From: Chthoniobacteraceae bacterium
Lineage (GTDB): Bacteria; Verrucomicrobiota; Verrucomicrobiia; Chthoniobacterales; Chthoniobacteraceae
DNA length: 64,000 nucleotides
Direction of reading: 5' to 3'
NCBI GenBank assembly: GCA_040081625.1
Contig: JBEBGD010000003.1
Coordinates: 17,865-81,864 of the forward strand
Shown here: positions 49,292-58,668 of the stretch, piece by piece
Layout: each line of letters opens with the position of its first letter
Numbering within the stretch: position 1 is the first letter of the stretch
The notes under the pieces: model-generated
Database searches by the model: none
What the model was told of the DNA's origin: nothing
What the model saw: only the letters and a program-made list of their open reading frames with translations
Position numbers and translations under genes: made by a program

Positions 49292-50656
49292 CTACTTCGA
49301 CTGGGTGCGCGCGAGCAGTTCGTGGACTTTGCCAGCGATGCGTTCCTCGACGCTCGCGGTCCACGGGCCGGGGAGATTGCCGTAGCGATTGGCGTCGCCG
49401 GCTTCGTAGCCGCCTTCCTTCAGCACGCGGAGGCTGGGGATGTAGGCCATCACGTCATTGCTGTAACCCGCGACCCACACGTGCTGCCCGGCGAGTTCAC
49501 GTTTGAAGCGCAGCGAGTAATCGACCACCACTTCGCCGCCGAGCGCGATGAGCGTGAGCTTGCCGCCGAAGCGGACGACCTGCACCGGATACGCGTAGTG
49601 CGTGGGCAGCGCCTCGCCGGCATCGAGCCGTGTGAGCATCCGCTGCGCGTGCGAGGCGAAGTATTTGTCCGGGCCCTTGAGTCGCGACTCGAACTCCACG
49701 CGCGTCGGCACGGCGAAGTCGAGCTGCACGTCTTCCATCGCTGCGTCGAGCCGCGCGGGAAGCTGCACGGCGGGCGCTTCGAGCGCTGCTCGCACCGCCG
49801 TGGCGAGCGAGCGCCCGTGGATCTGCGCAAGCGGGAGATGACGACGCGGGTAGGGATTCTGGTCGCCACCGCAACCGGCCACGAAGAGCGCCGTGGCGCC
49901 GGGATGGTCCGCCTGGAAATATTCCTGCGCGTAGCCCGGGTAGTCGCCGCACCATTCGTTGAATCCCATCGTGGTGCTGTGGCAGGCATAGCCGAAGACC
50001 GCGGCGCGCAGCTTCGCATCCGCGCCAAACACCGCGAGCACGGGCACATCATGATCGACCGGCCCCTCGGAATACGGCGCATTCTTGTAGCCGCCCTCGA
50101 CGGGCAGGCGCCGGTTCATCGCGAAACCGCAGCGCGCGTGGTGATACTCGAGCCGCGCCGGGGCGAGCTGCGCGAAGGCATCCGCGGCGAGCGCGACGAG
50201 CTTCTCCTCGAGGAAAACGCCGTAAGCTTCCGCCTGCTCCTTTTGCGTGACATCCGCGAGGTGCGAGGCCTTCTGCGCCACGCGAAACTCAGGCCCGCAG
50301 TGCGTGTGCGAGGCATTGATAAGCAGCCCTTCGCGCGGCAGCCCGTGTTTCGCACCGAGGCGCTTCTCGAGATTGTCGCGCAACGTGCGCGGCACGCCGA
50401 TGAGGTCGAGCGTGACGAGCAACTGCTTCTTCCCGTCCGCGTCCTGGAGCACCAGCGCCTTCGCGAAAAGATCCTGCGTCCTGGCCACGGCGGGCGTGGT
50501 CCGCCCGGCGTAGCCAGCCATCCAGATGAACTCGGTGGGCGTGATCACGGTGCTCGCGACGCCGGCTTTCCAGTCGAGCGGCGCGTCGGCGGCGCGGGCG
50601 ACGGATGCAATCACGACGAGGGCGACGGCGATGGCGAATCGGGTAGGGGAGAACAT
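49292..50656 (-). CDS. Secreted neutral/alkaline ceramidase-like hydrolase (N-terminal domain family)
   Basis: Signal peptide, then AGVASTVITPTEFIWMAGYAGR...LVTLDLIGV...LINASHTHCGPEF, resembling the neutral ceramidase N-terminal domain. Confidence 0.65.
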   Translation of the reverse strand: MFSPTRFAIAVALVVIASVARAADAPLDWKAGVASTVITPTEFIWMAGYAGRTTPAVARTQDLFAKALVLQDADGKKQLLVTLDLIGVPRTLRDNLEKRLGAKHGLPREGLLINASHTHCGPEFRVAQKASHLADVTQKEQAEAYGVFLEEKLVALAADAFAQLAPARLEYHHARCGFAMNRRLPVEGGYKNAPYSEGPVDHDVPVLAVFGADAKLRAAVFGYACHSTTMGFNEWCGDYPGYAQEYFQADHPGATALFVAGCGGDQNPYPRRHLPLAQIHGRSLATAVRAALEAPAVQLPARLDAAMEDVQLDFAVPTRVEFESRLKGPDKYFASHAQRMLTRLDAGEALPTHYAYPVQVVRFGGKLTLIALGGEVVVDYSLRFKRELAGQHVWVAGYSNDVMAYIPSLRVLKEGGYEAGDANRYGNLPGPWTASVEERIAGKVHELLARTQSK

Positions 50657-50703
50657 CGGCTTCGTTTGCCAGCGACTGCGGACGCGGACAAGTGCGCTTC
50701 CGC

Positions 50704-50997
50704 TCAGTCCTCGCGCGCGAAAATCCCGAGCTGGGTTGCGATGACTGCGCGTGAATCCGCGTCGCTGAGGTAGCCGAGCAAACGCAGAACACGCCGGTGA
50801 ATGGGCCGGACCAGGTCGCAGCCGACGACGAATCGTCGATCGGCGAACGTGACGTGCGGTCGCAGCGAGGTCTTGTGCAGGTCGCGGCGCATCGGGCAGA
50901 CGAGAACGGTTGGCGGGGATTCGATTCCTTCGTCCTGAACGCCGACGAGGTTCGGCTCCTGCCCGGAAGTCTTCGAGCTGAAAACCGGAAGGTTCAC
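50704..50997 (-). CDS. ccdB: CcdB-like type II toxin
   Basis: 97 aa from a GTG overlapping the upstream stop (GTGA). The pattern NLVGVQDEGIESPPTVLVCPM...LRPHVTFADRRFVVGCDLVRPIHRRVL..LGYLSDADSRAVIATQLGIF parallels the CcdB blocks (vDvQsd..., v.PL, l.P.v, la.v, i..Ai). Confidence 0.6.
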   Translation of the reverse strand: MNLPVFSSKTSGQEPNLVGVQDEGIESPPTVLVCPMRRDLHKTSLRPHVTFADRRFVVGCDLVRPIHRRVLRLLGYLSDADSRAVIATQLGIFARED

Positions 50998-51254
50998 GCG
51001 TCGCCGTGAATGGGATACTGCGCGTTCACCCGAAGCGTCTCGGCGCAAACCTCCGGGGTGTATTCGGCGTTCACGCGTTCGAGGAACTCCGCACGATCGC
51101 GGCGGCGCTGCTCGCGCTCGATCAGCGACTGGATGTAGGAACTGCGGGGCAGTTCGCCGCGCAGCTCGTCGATCGCCCGGTAAGTGTCCGCCGGAAGCGT
51201 CAGCGTGTTCCGACCCGGCAGGCGACTCCGGGGCGATTTCTTGGCGACTTTCAT
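50994..51254 (-). CDS. ccdA: Antitoxin (RHH/CcdA-like) paired with the CcdB-like toxin
   Basis: 86 aa. TLTLPADTYRAIDELRGELPRSSYIQSLIERE is an RHH-like strand-helix-helix. The gene lies immediately upstream of the toxin and is translationally coupled to it. Confidence 0.55.
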   Translation of the reverse strand: MKVAKKSPRSRLPGRNTLTLPADTYRAIDELRGELPRSSYIQSLIEREQRRRDRAEFLERVNAEYTPEVCAETLRVNAQYPIHGDA

Positions 51255-51291
51255 GCGCGCAGAATCGTCGCCTCGTCGCCTTTCCGCAACG

Positions 51292-52308
51292 TCAAAACAC
51301 CCGCGGCTCGCCTTCGCCGATGATGGCGACGCGTTCCTCGATGCCGTGCTTTCGCGCGCAGGCGCGGAGACGATCGACGGGTTCGTGCAGCGGCTCGTAG
51401 CTCAGGCGAAACGAACCGTAGTGCATCGGCACCATCCACTGCGCGCCGAGATCGTGAAAGGCCTGCACGGCTTCCTCGGGATTCATGTGGACTTCGCGCC
51501 CGCTCGGCGGGTCGTAGGCGCCGATGGGCAGCAGCGCGACGTCGATCTTGTGGCGCTGGCCGATCTCGCGGAAGCCGTCGAAATACGCCGTGTCGCCGCA
51601 GTGGAAGATGGTGCGTCCGGCGACTTCGATGATGAATCCGCCGAAGCCGCGATGCGAATCGTGCAACATGCGCGCGCCCCAATGATGGCAGGGCGTGAGC
51701 GTGATGCGCAGCGGGCCATGCTCGTAGCGCTCCCAGTAGTGCAGCTCGTGAACGCTGTGAAAGCCGAGGTCATGCACGAGATTGCCGACCTCGAAGGGCA
51801 CGACGATGGGCTGCTCGGAGGCGACCTTGCGCAGCGTCTTGCGGTCGAGGTGATCGAAGTGCGCATGGGTGACGAGCACGAGGTCGATCGCTGGCAGGTC
51901 GTTAAGTTTCAGCCCCGGATGCCGCACGCGCTTGATGACCTTCAGCCACTTCGCCCAGTTCGGATCGATGAGCAGATTGAGCCCGGCGAGCTGGAGCAGG
52001 AAGGACGCGTGGCCGATCCACGTCACGCCGACGTCGCTGTCCTTGAGCTTGGGAAATTTCGGCGCGTTGTGGTTGCCGGCGCGCTTGGTGAAGAGCGACG
52101 GGATGAGCACTTCGGTCAGGAAGTTGCGCTTGTGCCAGCCATTCGCGGGCTTGAGCCCGACCTTCTTCGCGCCCGCGGCTTTCGCGCGCGCGCGAGTGGC
52201 GGGCTTCGGTGCATGCGCGGATTTTCGGATCTCCGCCTTCGCTTTCCCGAGTCGTTCAAATGGGTTGAGCACAGCGGAGGAGTGTAGGTTCGCGCGGTTC
52301 GGAGGCAA
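51292..52308 (-). CDS. MBL-fold metallo-hydrolase (NAPE-PLD/UlaG-like)
   Basis: [24 protein letters not shown]...[14 protein letters not shown]...HCGDTAYF...MVPMHYGSF, preceded by a basic N-terminal leader of about 60 aa. Confidence 0.8.
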   Translation of the reverse strand: MPPNRANLHSSAVLNPFERLGKAKAEIRKSAHAPKPATRARAKAAGAKKVGLKPANGWHKRNFLTEVLIPSLFTKRAGNHNAPKFPKLKDSDVGVTWIGHASFLLQLAGLNLLIDPNWAKWLKVIKRVRHPGLKLNDLPAIDLVLVTHAHFDHLDRKTLRKVASEQPIVVPFEVGNLVHDLGFHSVHELHYWERYEHGPLRITLTPCHHWGARMLHDSHRGFGGFIIEVAGRTIFHCGDTAYFDGFREIGQRHKIDVALLPIGAYDPPSGREVHMNPEEAVQAFHDLGAQWMVPMHYGSFRLSYEPLHEPVDRLRACARKHGIEERVAIIGEGEPRVF

Positions 52309-52399
52309 AACTTTCGTCAGGGAATATCAGCTCTCCGCGCGCCTTGACTTCGGGAGGGCAGCCCCACACGCTCGGCACCCATTTCAACCGACACAACCT

Positions 52400-54388
52400 A
52401 TGACCCTCGATACCACCGCACTCTCCCGCGCCGCCAATGAATCCCGCGGCCTCGCCATGGACGCCGTCCACACCTGCTCGTCCGGACACCTCGGCCTGCC
52501 GCTCGGCTGCGCGGAAGTCGGCGCGGTGCTCTTCGGCCACGCGCTGCGCTACAACCCGCAGGATCCCGGGTGGATCAACCGCGACCGCTTCGTGCTCAGC
52601 GCCGGGCACGGCTCGATGTTTCTTTATAGCTGGCTGCATCTCGCCGGTTACGCGCTCGTCACGCTCGACGAGGTGAAGAAGTTCCGCGCGCTCGGTTCGC
52701 ACACGCCGGGGCATCCGGAGCAGTTTGAAACCGAGGGCGTCGAGGCGACGACCGGGCCGCTCGGGCAGGGCGTGAGCAACGCGGTCGGCCTGGCCGTTTC
52801 GCAGAAGATGGCCGCGGCGCGATTCAACACCGAATACTACAAGATCCTCGACAACCACGTCGTCTGCCTCGCGGGCGACGGCTGTCTGCAGGAAGGCGTC
52901 GCGATGGAGGCGGTGAGTTTTGCCGCGCATTACCAGCTCGATAACCTCATCCTTTTTTACGATTCGAACGACGTGACGCTCGACGCGATGGCGGACAAGT
53001 CGCAGAGCGAGGATGCCGCGGCGAAGTTCACGGCGATCGGGTGGGAAGTTCAGACCGTCGATGGGCACGACCTCGTCGCGCTCCTCGAGGCTTACGAGAA
53101 GGCGAAGGCGAACATCGGCAAGCCGCAGTTCATCATCGCGCGCACGCTCATCGGCAAAGGCATCCCCGAGGTCGCCGGCACGAGCAAGGCGCACGGCGAA
53201 GGCGGCGCGAAGTTTGTCGATGCCGCGCGCAAGGCGCTCGGGCTGCCCGCGGAGCATTTCCACGTTTCGCCGGAGACGCGCGCCTACTTCGAGTCGCACC
53301 GGCAGAAGCTCGTCGATAGCTACGAGGAATGGCAGGACCTTTTCCACGTCTGGCAGGCGGCCCATCCGAAGCGCGACAAGGAGCTGACCGACGCGCTCGA
53401 GAACAATCTGCCCGCCGATCTTTCCAGCCTCATCCCCGCCTTCCCCACCGACGCGAAGCTCGCGACGCGCAAGGCCGGCAGCGACGTGCTCCAGCCGCTC
53501 GCGCAGGCCATCCCGAGCCTCATCGGCGGCAGCGCGGACCTCTACGGCTCGACGCTCAATTACATCAACTGCGACAAGGATTTTAACCCGGAGAATCGCG
53601 GCGGTCGCAACATCCGCTTCGGTATCCGCGAGCACGCGATGGCCGGCATCGCAAACGGGCTCGCCTACGACGGCATCTTCCGCCCGAGCGTCGCGACCTT
53701 CCTCGTGTTCGCCGATTACTCGCGCCCGTCGATGCGCCTCGCCGCGCTCTCGCGGCTGCCGGTGATTTATATCTACACGCACGACTCGGTCGGCGTCGGT
53801 GAAGACGGCCCGACGCATCAGCCGGTCGAGACGGTCGCCGGGCTGCGCGTCATCCCGAACTTCGACGTGATCCGTCCCGCCGATCCTGAGGAAACCGCGG
53901 GCGCCTTCATCGCCGCGCTGCAAAAGCTCACGGGCCCGACGCTCCTCGCGCTCACGCGCCAGGCCGTGCCGATGCTCAACGACATCCCCGTGAAGACGCG
54001 CCGCGAAGGCGTGATCAAGGGCGGCTACATCGCCATCAAGGAAACCGGCCCGCTCAAGATGATCCTCATGGGTTGCGGCAGCGAGCTTCAACACGCCGTC
54101 GCCGCCGCGAAGACGCTCGGCGAAGGCGTCCGCGTCGTCAGCCTGCCGTGCATGGAGCGCTTCGACGCGCAGCCGCAAGCTTACCGCGACGAAGTGCTTC
54201 CGCCGTCGTGCCGCAAGCGCGTCGCGATCGAGGCGGGCGTCAGTTCGCCGTGGCACAAATACACCGGCCTCGACGGCAAGATCGTCGCCATCGATCGCTT
54301 CGGCATCAGCGCGCCCGGCGGCACCGTCATGGAGAAGCTCGGCATCACCGCGAAGGCGGTCGTCGATGCCGCGAACTCGCTCGGCTGA
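52400..54388 (+). CDS. tkt: Transketolase
   Basis: [18 protein letters not shown]..., the ThDP motif [30 protein letters not shown], and a length of 662 aa. ATG 52400 is preferred over the 51869 ORF-track start. Confidence 0.95.
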   Translation: MTLDTTALSRAANESRGLAMDAVHTCSSGHLGLPLGCAEVGAVLFGHALRYNPQDPGWINRDRFVLSAGHGSMFLYSWLHLAGYALVTLDEVKKFRALGSHTPGHPEQFETEGVEATTGPLGQGVSNAVGLAVSQKMAAARFNTEYYKILDNHVVCLAGDGCLQEGVAMEAVSFAAHYQLDNLILFYDSNDVTLDAMADKSQSEDAAAKFTAIGWEVQTVDGHDLVALLEAYEKAKANIGKPQFIIARTLIGKGIPEVAGTSKAHGEGGAKFVDAARKALGLPAEHFHVSPETRAYFESHRQKLVDSYEEWQDLFHVWQAAHPKRDKELTDALENNLPADLSSLIPAFPTDAKLATRKAGSDVLQPLAQAIPSLIGGSADLYGSTLNYINCDKDFNPENRGGRNIRFGIREHAMAGIANGLAYDGIFRPSVATFLVFADYSRPSMRLAALSRLPVIYIYTHDSVGVGEDGPTHQPVETVAGLRVIPNFDVIRPADPEETAGAFIAALQKLTGPTLLALTRQAVPMLNDIPVKTRREGVIKGGYIAIKETGPLKMILMGCGSELQHAVAAAKTLGEGVRVVSLPCMERFDAQPQAYRDEVLPPSCRKRVAIEAGVSSPWHKYTGLDGKIVAIDRFGISAPGGTVMEKLGITAKAVVDAANSLG

Positions 54389-54433
54389 ACCGGACGATTT
54401 GTCAGCGCCTCAATTTCGGCTTAGCTGCGTGCG

Positions 54434-55189
54434 ATGAGAACGATCGCCCTGCTCCTCGCCTGCTCGCTCGCCGCGTTCGCGGAAGAGGAAAACCTGATCA
54501 AGAACGCGAGTTTTGAGGAGCCGGCCGTGCAGGCGCGCACCGTCGAGCGCGATGGCGGCAATCCTGCGCGCGTCGCCGATGGCGCGACCTCGTGGACGCA
54601 GTTTCAGTCCTTCGTGCGCCCGCAGGACAAACCCGGTGGCGAGCTCGTCGTCGGGATGACCAATCAGTTCGCGCGCACCGGCAAGCAGTCGATCTTCGTC
54701 GATTTTCAAAACCTCGGCGCGCAACGCCGCTCATTCCTGATCACCGACCTGCTGCCGGTGAAAGCCGGTCACCGCTATTTCATCGCGCTCTGGGGTCGCA
54801 CCGATTCGAAGCGCCCGCTCACGCTCGACCAGCGCCGGCCGCTGCTGAAAATCGATGTCGAATACTTCATGAGCGACCCGGAAGAGCAGTGCGAGCAGAC
54901 CGACCATCGCAACGAGCGAATCCCCGGCAGCCTCGATCGCCTGCTTTTTGTCTCCACGAAATGGACGGAGTATTTCACTTCTGTGCGTCCGCCGCAGGAC
55001 GCGGCGTTCATGAAGGTCACGTTTCGATGGGAGACGGACCGGGAGGCCGGCACGACCGACGGAGCGATATACTTCGACGACGCGTCGATCACCGCGGTGC
55101 CCGGTGGCGGGAGTCTCGCGCCGCTCGATCCCGTGCCGGCCAATCCGCCGGCGCCCGGCGAGGCCGCGCCGCCGAAGGAAAACCGCTAG
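54434..55189 (+). CDS. Secreted protein with a CBM4/9-like (galactose-binding-like) domain
   Basis: Signal peptide MRTIALLLACSLAAFA, then the NLIKNASFEEP...W start typical of CBM_4_9 modules and a Pro-rich C-terminal tail. Confidence 0.5.
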   Translation: MRTIALLLACSLAAFAEEENLIKNASFEEPAVQARTVERDGGNPARVADGATSWTQFQSFVRPQDKPGGELVVGMTNQFARTGKQSIFVDFQNLGAQRRSFLITDLLPVKAGHRYFIALWGRTDSKRPLTLDQRRPLLKIDVEYFMSDPEEQCEQTDHRNERIPGSLDRLLFVSTKWTEYFTSVRPPQDAAFMKVTFRWETDREAGTTDGAIYFDDASITAVPGGGSLAPLDPVPANPPAPGEAAPPKENR

Positions 55190-55210
55190 GGGTTCCCCTC
55201 GGAACAAAAC

Positions 55211-55287
55211 TGGTCGGGCCGGCGAGATTCGAACTCGCGACCTCTTGAACCCCATTCAAGCGTTCTACCAAGCTGAACTACGGCCCG
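55211..55287 (-). tRNA. tRNA-Pro (anticodon GGG), CCA encoded
   Basis: Manual cloverleaf on the minus strand: CGGGCCG TA GTTC AGCTTGGTA GAAC G CTTGA ATGGGGT TCAAG AGGTC GCGAG TTCGAAT CTCGC CGGCCCG A CCA. All four stems pair perfectly and the anticodon loop is A-T-GGG-G-T. Confidence 0.9.
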
Positions 55288-55388
55288 ACGTAAGAGGGCG
55301 CGGAACCTAGCCGGGTCGGGCGGAGGGCAAAGCAGAATTTTCCGAGGATTTGATTTTCACTCGGCGGCGCGCTTCGCATCATCGCGGG

Positions 55389-56426
55389 ATGAACATCGAA
55401 AAAGTCGCCGTCATCGGCGCCAGCGGTTACTCGGGGGAGGAACTCGTGCGGCTGCTCACGCGGCACCCGCAGGTCGAACTCGTCGCGCTCACCTCGCGGC
55501 AGGTCGCCGGGCAGCCGCTCGCGAAGGTGTATCCGCGCTTCGCCGGGACGCGTTACGCGGCGCTGAAGTTCGTGGAATCGACGGTCGATGCGATCCAGGC
55601 GAGCGGCGCGCGTTTCGTCTTCCTCGCGCTGCCGCACGGCGTGGCGACGGAGTATGCGAAGCCGCTCGTGGCGGCGGGGTTGCGCGTGCTCGACTTGAGC
55701 GCGGACTTCCGCATCAAGGACGCGGAGATCTACGAGGAGTTCTACGGCGAGAAGCAGCACGCGCCGGAGCTGGCGGCGATGAGCGTGTATGGGCTGCCGG
55801 AGATTTATCGCGCGAAGATTCGCGACGCGCAGCTCGTCGCGTGTCCGGGCTGCTACCCGACAAGCGTGCTCATCCCGCTTGTGCCGCTGCTTCAGCGCGG
55901 GCTGGTGAAGCCGCACACGATCGTGGTGAACAGCCTCAGCGGCGTGAGCGGCGCGGGGCGCAATGCGAAGACCGATTATCTTTTTGTCGAGTGCAACGAG
56001 AGCGTGCGTGCCTACGGCGTGCCGAAACACCGGCACCTCGCGGAGATCGAGCAGGAGCTTTCGCTCGCGGTGAAGGAGAAGGTGACGATCAGCTTCACGC
56101 CGCATCTCATCCCTGTGAACCGCGGCATTCACACGACGATCCATTGCGCGCCGGGCGAGGGGATCGACGCAGGGCATATCGCGAACGCCTACCGCGAGAC
56201 TTATGGAGCGGAGCCATTCGTGCGGTTGATCGAGGGCGACGCGCTGCCGGACACGAAGAATGTGGTGTTCACCAATTTCGTCGATGTCGCGTGGCGGCAC
56301 GATCCGCGCACGGGGCGGCTCGTGCTGCTGAGCGCGGAGGACAATCTCGTGAAGGGCGCCGCGGGGCAGGCCGTGCAATGCCTCAACGCGATGGGCGGAT
56401 GGCCGGAGACGACGGGACTTTTATAG
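55389..56426 (+). CDS. argC: N-acetyl-gamma-glutamyl-phosphate reductase
   Basis: MNIEKVAVIGASGYSGEEL... and active-site PGCYPTS. Confidence 0.9.
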   Translation: MNIEKVAVIGASGYSGEELVRLLTRHPQVELVALTSRQVAGQPLAKVYPRFAGTRYAALKFVESTVDAIQASGARFVFLALPHGVATEYAKPLVAAGLRVLDLSADFRIKDAEIYEEFYGEKQHAPELAAMSVYGLPEIYRAKIRDAQLVACPGCYPTSVLIPLVPLLQRGLVKPHTIVVNSLSGVSGAGRNAKTDYLFVECNESVRAYGVPKHRHLAEIEQELSLAVKEKVTISFTPHLIPVNRGIHTTIHCAPGEGIDAGHIANAYRETYGAEPFVRLIEGDALPDTKNVVFTNFVDVAWRHDPRTGRLVLLSAEDNLVKGAAGQAVQCLNAMGGWPETTGLL

Positions 56427-56504
56427 GCGCGAACTTTTCCGCGAAAGACGCTCGTCGCCGGGCACGGAACGCGTTCAGATTTCGCCCCCAATTTTGCACC
56501 AACC

Positions 56505-57713
56505 ATGTCCTACACCGAAATTCCTGGCGGCGTGACCGCCGCGCGCGGCTTCCTCGCCGGCAGCGTCTATTGTGGCATCAAGGCCAGCAACGCTGACCGC
56601 CCCGACATCGCGCTCATCCATTGCACCGAGCCGTGCGCCGCGGCGGGGACGTTCACGACCAATCGCGTGAAGGCCGCGCCGGTGCGCGTCTCGATGATGC
56701 ATGTGCGCTCGCCCGACGTGCGCGCGATCGTCGCCAACGCGGGCAATGCGAACGCTTGCACCGGGATCAAGGGGATCGAGAGCGCCAGAAAAATGGCGGC
56801 TGCGACCGCGGATGCGCTCGGGCTCAAGGAGCGGCAGGTGCTCGTGTGCTCGACGGGGCGCATCGGCGTGCAGATGCCGATCGACAAGATCAAGCCGGCG
56901 ATCGCCGCGCTGCCGGCGGCTTGCTCGGAAACGGGCAGCCATGCCGCGGCGTGCGCGATCATGACGAGCGACACGCACCCGAAGGAAATGGCGGTCGAGG
57001 TGGAACTCGACGGCACGACGGCGCGCATCGGCGGGATCGCGAAAGGCGCGGGGATGATCGATCCGAACATGGCGACGATGCTCTGCTTCATCACGACCGA
57101 TGCGGCGATCGACAAGAAGCTGCTTCAGCGCGCGCTGAGTGTGTCGGTCGAGCAGAGCTTCAACCGCATCACCATCGATGGCGACATGAGCACGAATGAC
57201 ACTGTGTTGATGCTCGCCAACGGCGCCGCGGGCAACAAACCGCTGCGCTACGGCACGCCGGCGTTCAAGATTTTCCAGCGCGGCCTCGATCACATCACCA
57301 AGCACCTCGCGCGGATGATCGTCGAGGACGGCGAGGGGGTAACGCGGTTCGTGGAGGTCCACGTGCGTGGTGGTGCAACTTACAGCGACGCGCGGCGCGC
57401 GGCGGAGGCGGTGGCGAACTCGAACCTCGTGAAGTGCGCGTGGTTCGGCGGCGACCCGAACTGGGGCCGCATCATGGACGCCGTCGGCTACAGCGGGGCG
57501 AAGATGCGGGAGGAACTCGTGGACATTTACTATGACGGCGTGATCGGCGTGAAAGGCGGGCTCGCGAGCAAGACGCCTTTTGCGAAGCTCCAGGAGATCG
57601 TCAGCGAGCGTCGCTTTTCGATCTCGATCGACCTGCACATGGGTTCCGCAGATTACAGCGTGTTCACGACGGACCTGAGCGTCGATTACGTAAAGCTGAA
57701 CATGGGGGAGTAG
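56505..57713 (+). CDS. argJ: Bifunctional glutamate N-acetyltransferase / amino-acid acetyltransferase
   Basis: GVTAARGFLAGSVYCGIK..., the autoprocessing site ATMLCFITTDA, and a length of 402 aa. Confidence 0.9.
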   Translation: MSYTEIPGGVTAARGFLAGSVYCGIKASNADRPDIALIHCTEPCAAAGTFTTNRVKAAPVRVSMMHVRSPDVRAIVANAGNANACTGIKGIESARKMAAATADALGLKERQVLVCSTGRIGVQMPIDKIKPAIAALPAACSETGSHAAACAIMTSDTHPKEMAVEVELDGTTARIGGIAKGAGMIDPNMATMLCFITTDAAIDKKLLQRALSVSVEQSFNRITIDGDMSTNDTVLMLANGAAGNKPLRYGTPAFKIFQRGLDHITKHLARMIVEDGEGVTRFVEVHVRGGATYSDARRAAEAVANSNLVKCAWFGGDPNWGRIMDAVGYSGAKMREELVDIYYDGVIGVKGGLASKTPFAKLQEIVSERRFSISIDLHMGSADYSVFTTDLSVDYVKLNMGE

Positions 57714-57738
57714 CCTGCCTGGCTCAGCCGTCTTTCAA

Positions 57739-58611
57739 ATGCCCCGCACACCCATCGATCGCGCCGAAGTCCTCATCGAGGCGCTCCCGTTCATCCAGAA
57801 ATTCCGAGGCCATCTTTTCGTCATCAAATACGGCGGGGCGGCGATGGAGGACGAGGGGATCGTCGAGCGGTTTTTGCGCGATGTCGTCTTCCTCGAGGCA
57901 GTCGGGATCAATCCCGTGCTCATCCACGGCGGCGGCAAGGCGATCACGGCGCGGATGCGCGAGGCGGGGCTCAAGGCGCGCTTCGTCAATGGACTGCGCG
58001 TGACCGATGAGCAGTCGATCCGCATCGTCGAGGAGGTGCTCGACGGCGCGATCAACCCCGGGATCGCGCGCAGCATCAACGAGTTTGGCGGGCGCGCGGT
58101 GGGCATCCACGGCAAGACGGTGCTCGTCGGCCGGAAGTTGCCGCTGCAGGCCGAGGGAGGCGAGTCGGTCGATCTCGGCTTCGTTGGCGAAGTCATCGAC
58201 GTGGATCTCGCGCCGATCCGCGACGCGGTTGCAAAGGAGACGGTGCCGGTGATCTCGCCGCTCGCGCGCGATGCCGAGGGGCGCGTGTTGAACATCAACG
58301 CCGACGTGGCCGCGGGCACGCTCGCGGGGCGGTTGCAGGCGGAGAAGTTCATCTACCTCTCCGACGTGCCCGGCATCATGCGCGACCCGGCGCATCGCGA
58401 TTCGCTGATCCCGACGGTGAGCCGGGCCGAGGTTGGGCACTTGCGCGCGGAGGGCATCATCACCGGCGGCATGATCCCGAAAGTGGAGAGCGCGGTGCAG
58501 GCGCTGGCGGCTGGAGTGAAGAAAGTTCACTTCATCGATGGGCGCACTCCGCACGCGCTGTTGCTGGAGATTTTCACGAACGCGGGGATCGGCACGGAGA
58601 TCGTGCCGTGA
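57739..58611 (+). CDS. argB: Acetylglutamate kinase
   Basis: FVIKYGGAAM...VLIHGGGKAI...NINADVAAG... Confidence 0.9.
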   Translation: MPRTPIDRAEVLIEALPFIQKFRGHLFVIKYGGAAMEDEGIVERFLRDVVFLEAVGINPVLIHGGGKAITARMREAGLKARFVNGLRVTDEQSIRIVEEVLDGAINPGIARSINEFGGRAVGIHGKTVLVGRKLPLQAEGGESVDLGFVGEVIDVDLAPIRDAVAKETVPVISPLARDAEGRVLNINADVAAGTLAGRLQAEKFIYLSDVPGIMRDPAHRDSLIPTVSRAEVGHLRAEGIITGGMIPKVESAVQALAAGVKKVHFIDGRTPHALLLEIFTNAGIGTEIVP

Positions 58612-58668
58612 TTTGACTTTGCGTGCGCGGGGCTCGTGCGCTTTTCTGGCCGCCCTTCGTCTTCCGAA

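Noticed and set aside
48593-50773. 726-aa plus-strand ORF opposite deoB and the ceramidase-like gene; similarly 52256-54256 (opposite tkt), 58696-60399 (opposite argA), 55278-56378 and 56475-57638 (opposite argC and argJ)
   Set aside because: These are antisense shadows of well-supported genes, with no motifs.
51869-52399. 177-codon N-terminal extension of the transketolase ORF, and the similar 1216-1296 extension of obg
   Set aside because: Conserved N-termini of Tkt ([23 protein letters not shown]) and Obg (MFVDHI) begin at internal ATGs. The extensions overlap neighbouring genes and look non-coding.
55190-55388. Genomic island or integrase at the tRNA-Pro locus
   Set aside because: The flanking genes are a CBM-like secreted protein and argC. 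No integrase, direct repeat of the tRNA 3' end, or mobile gene is visible on either side.
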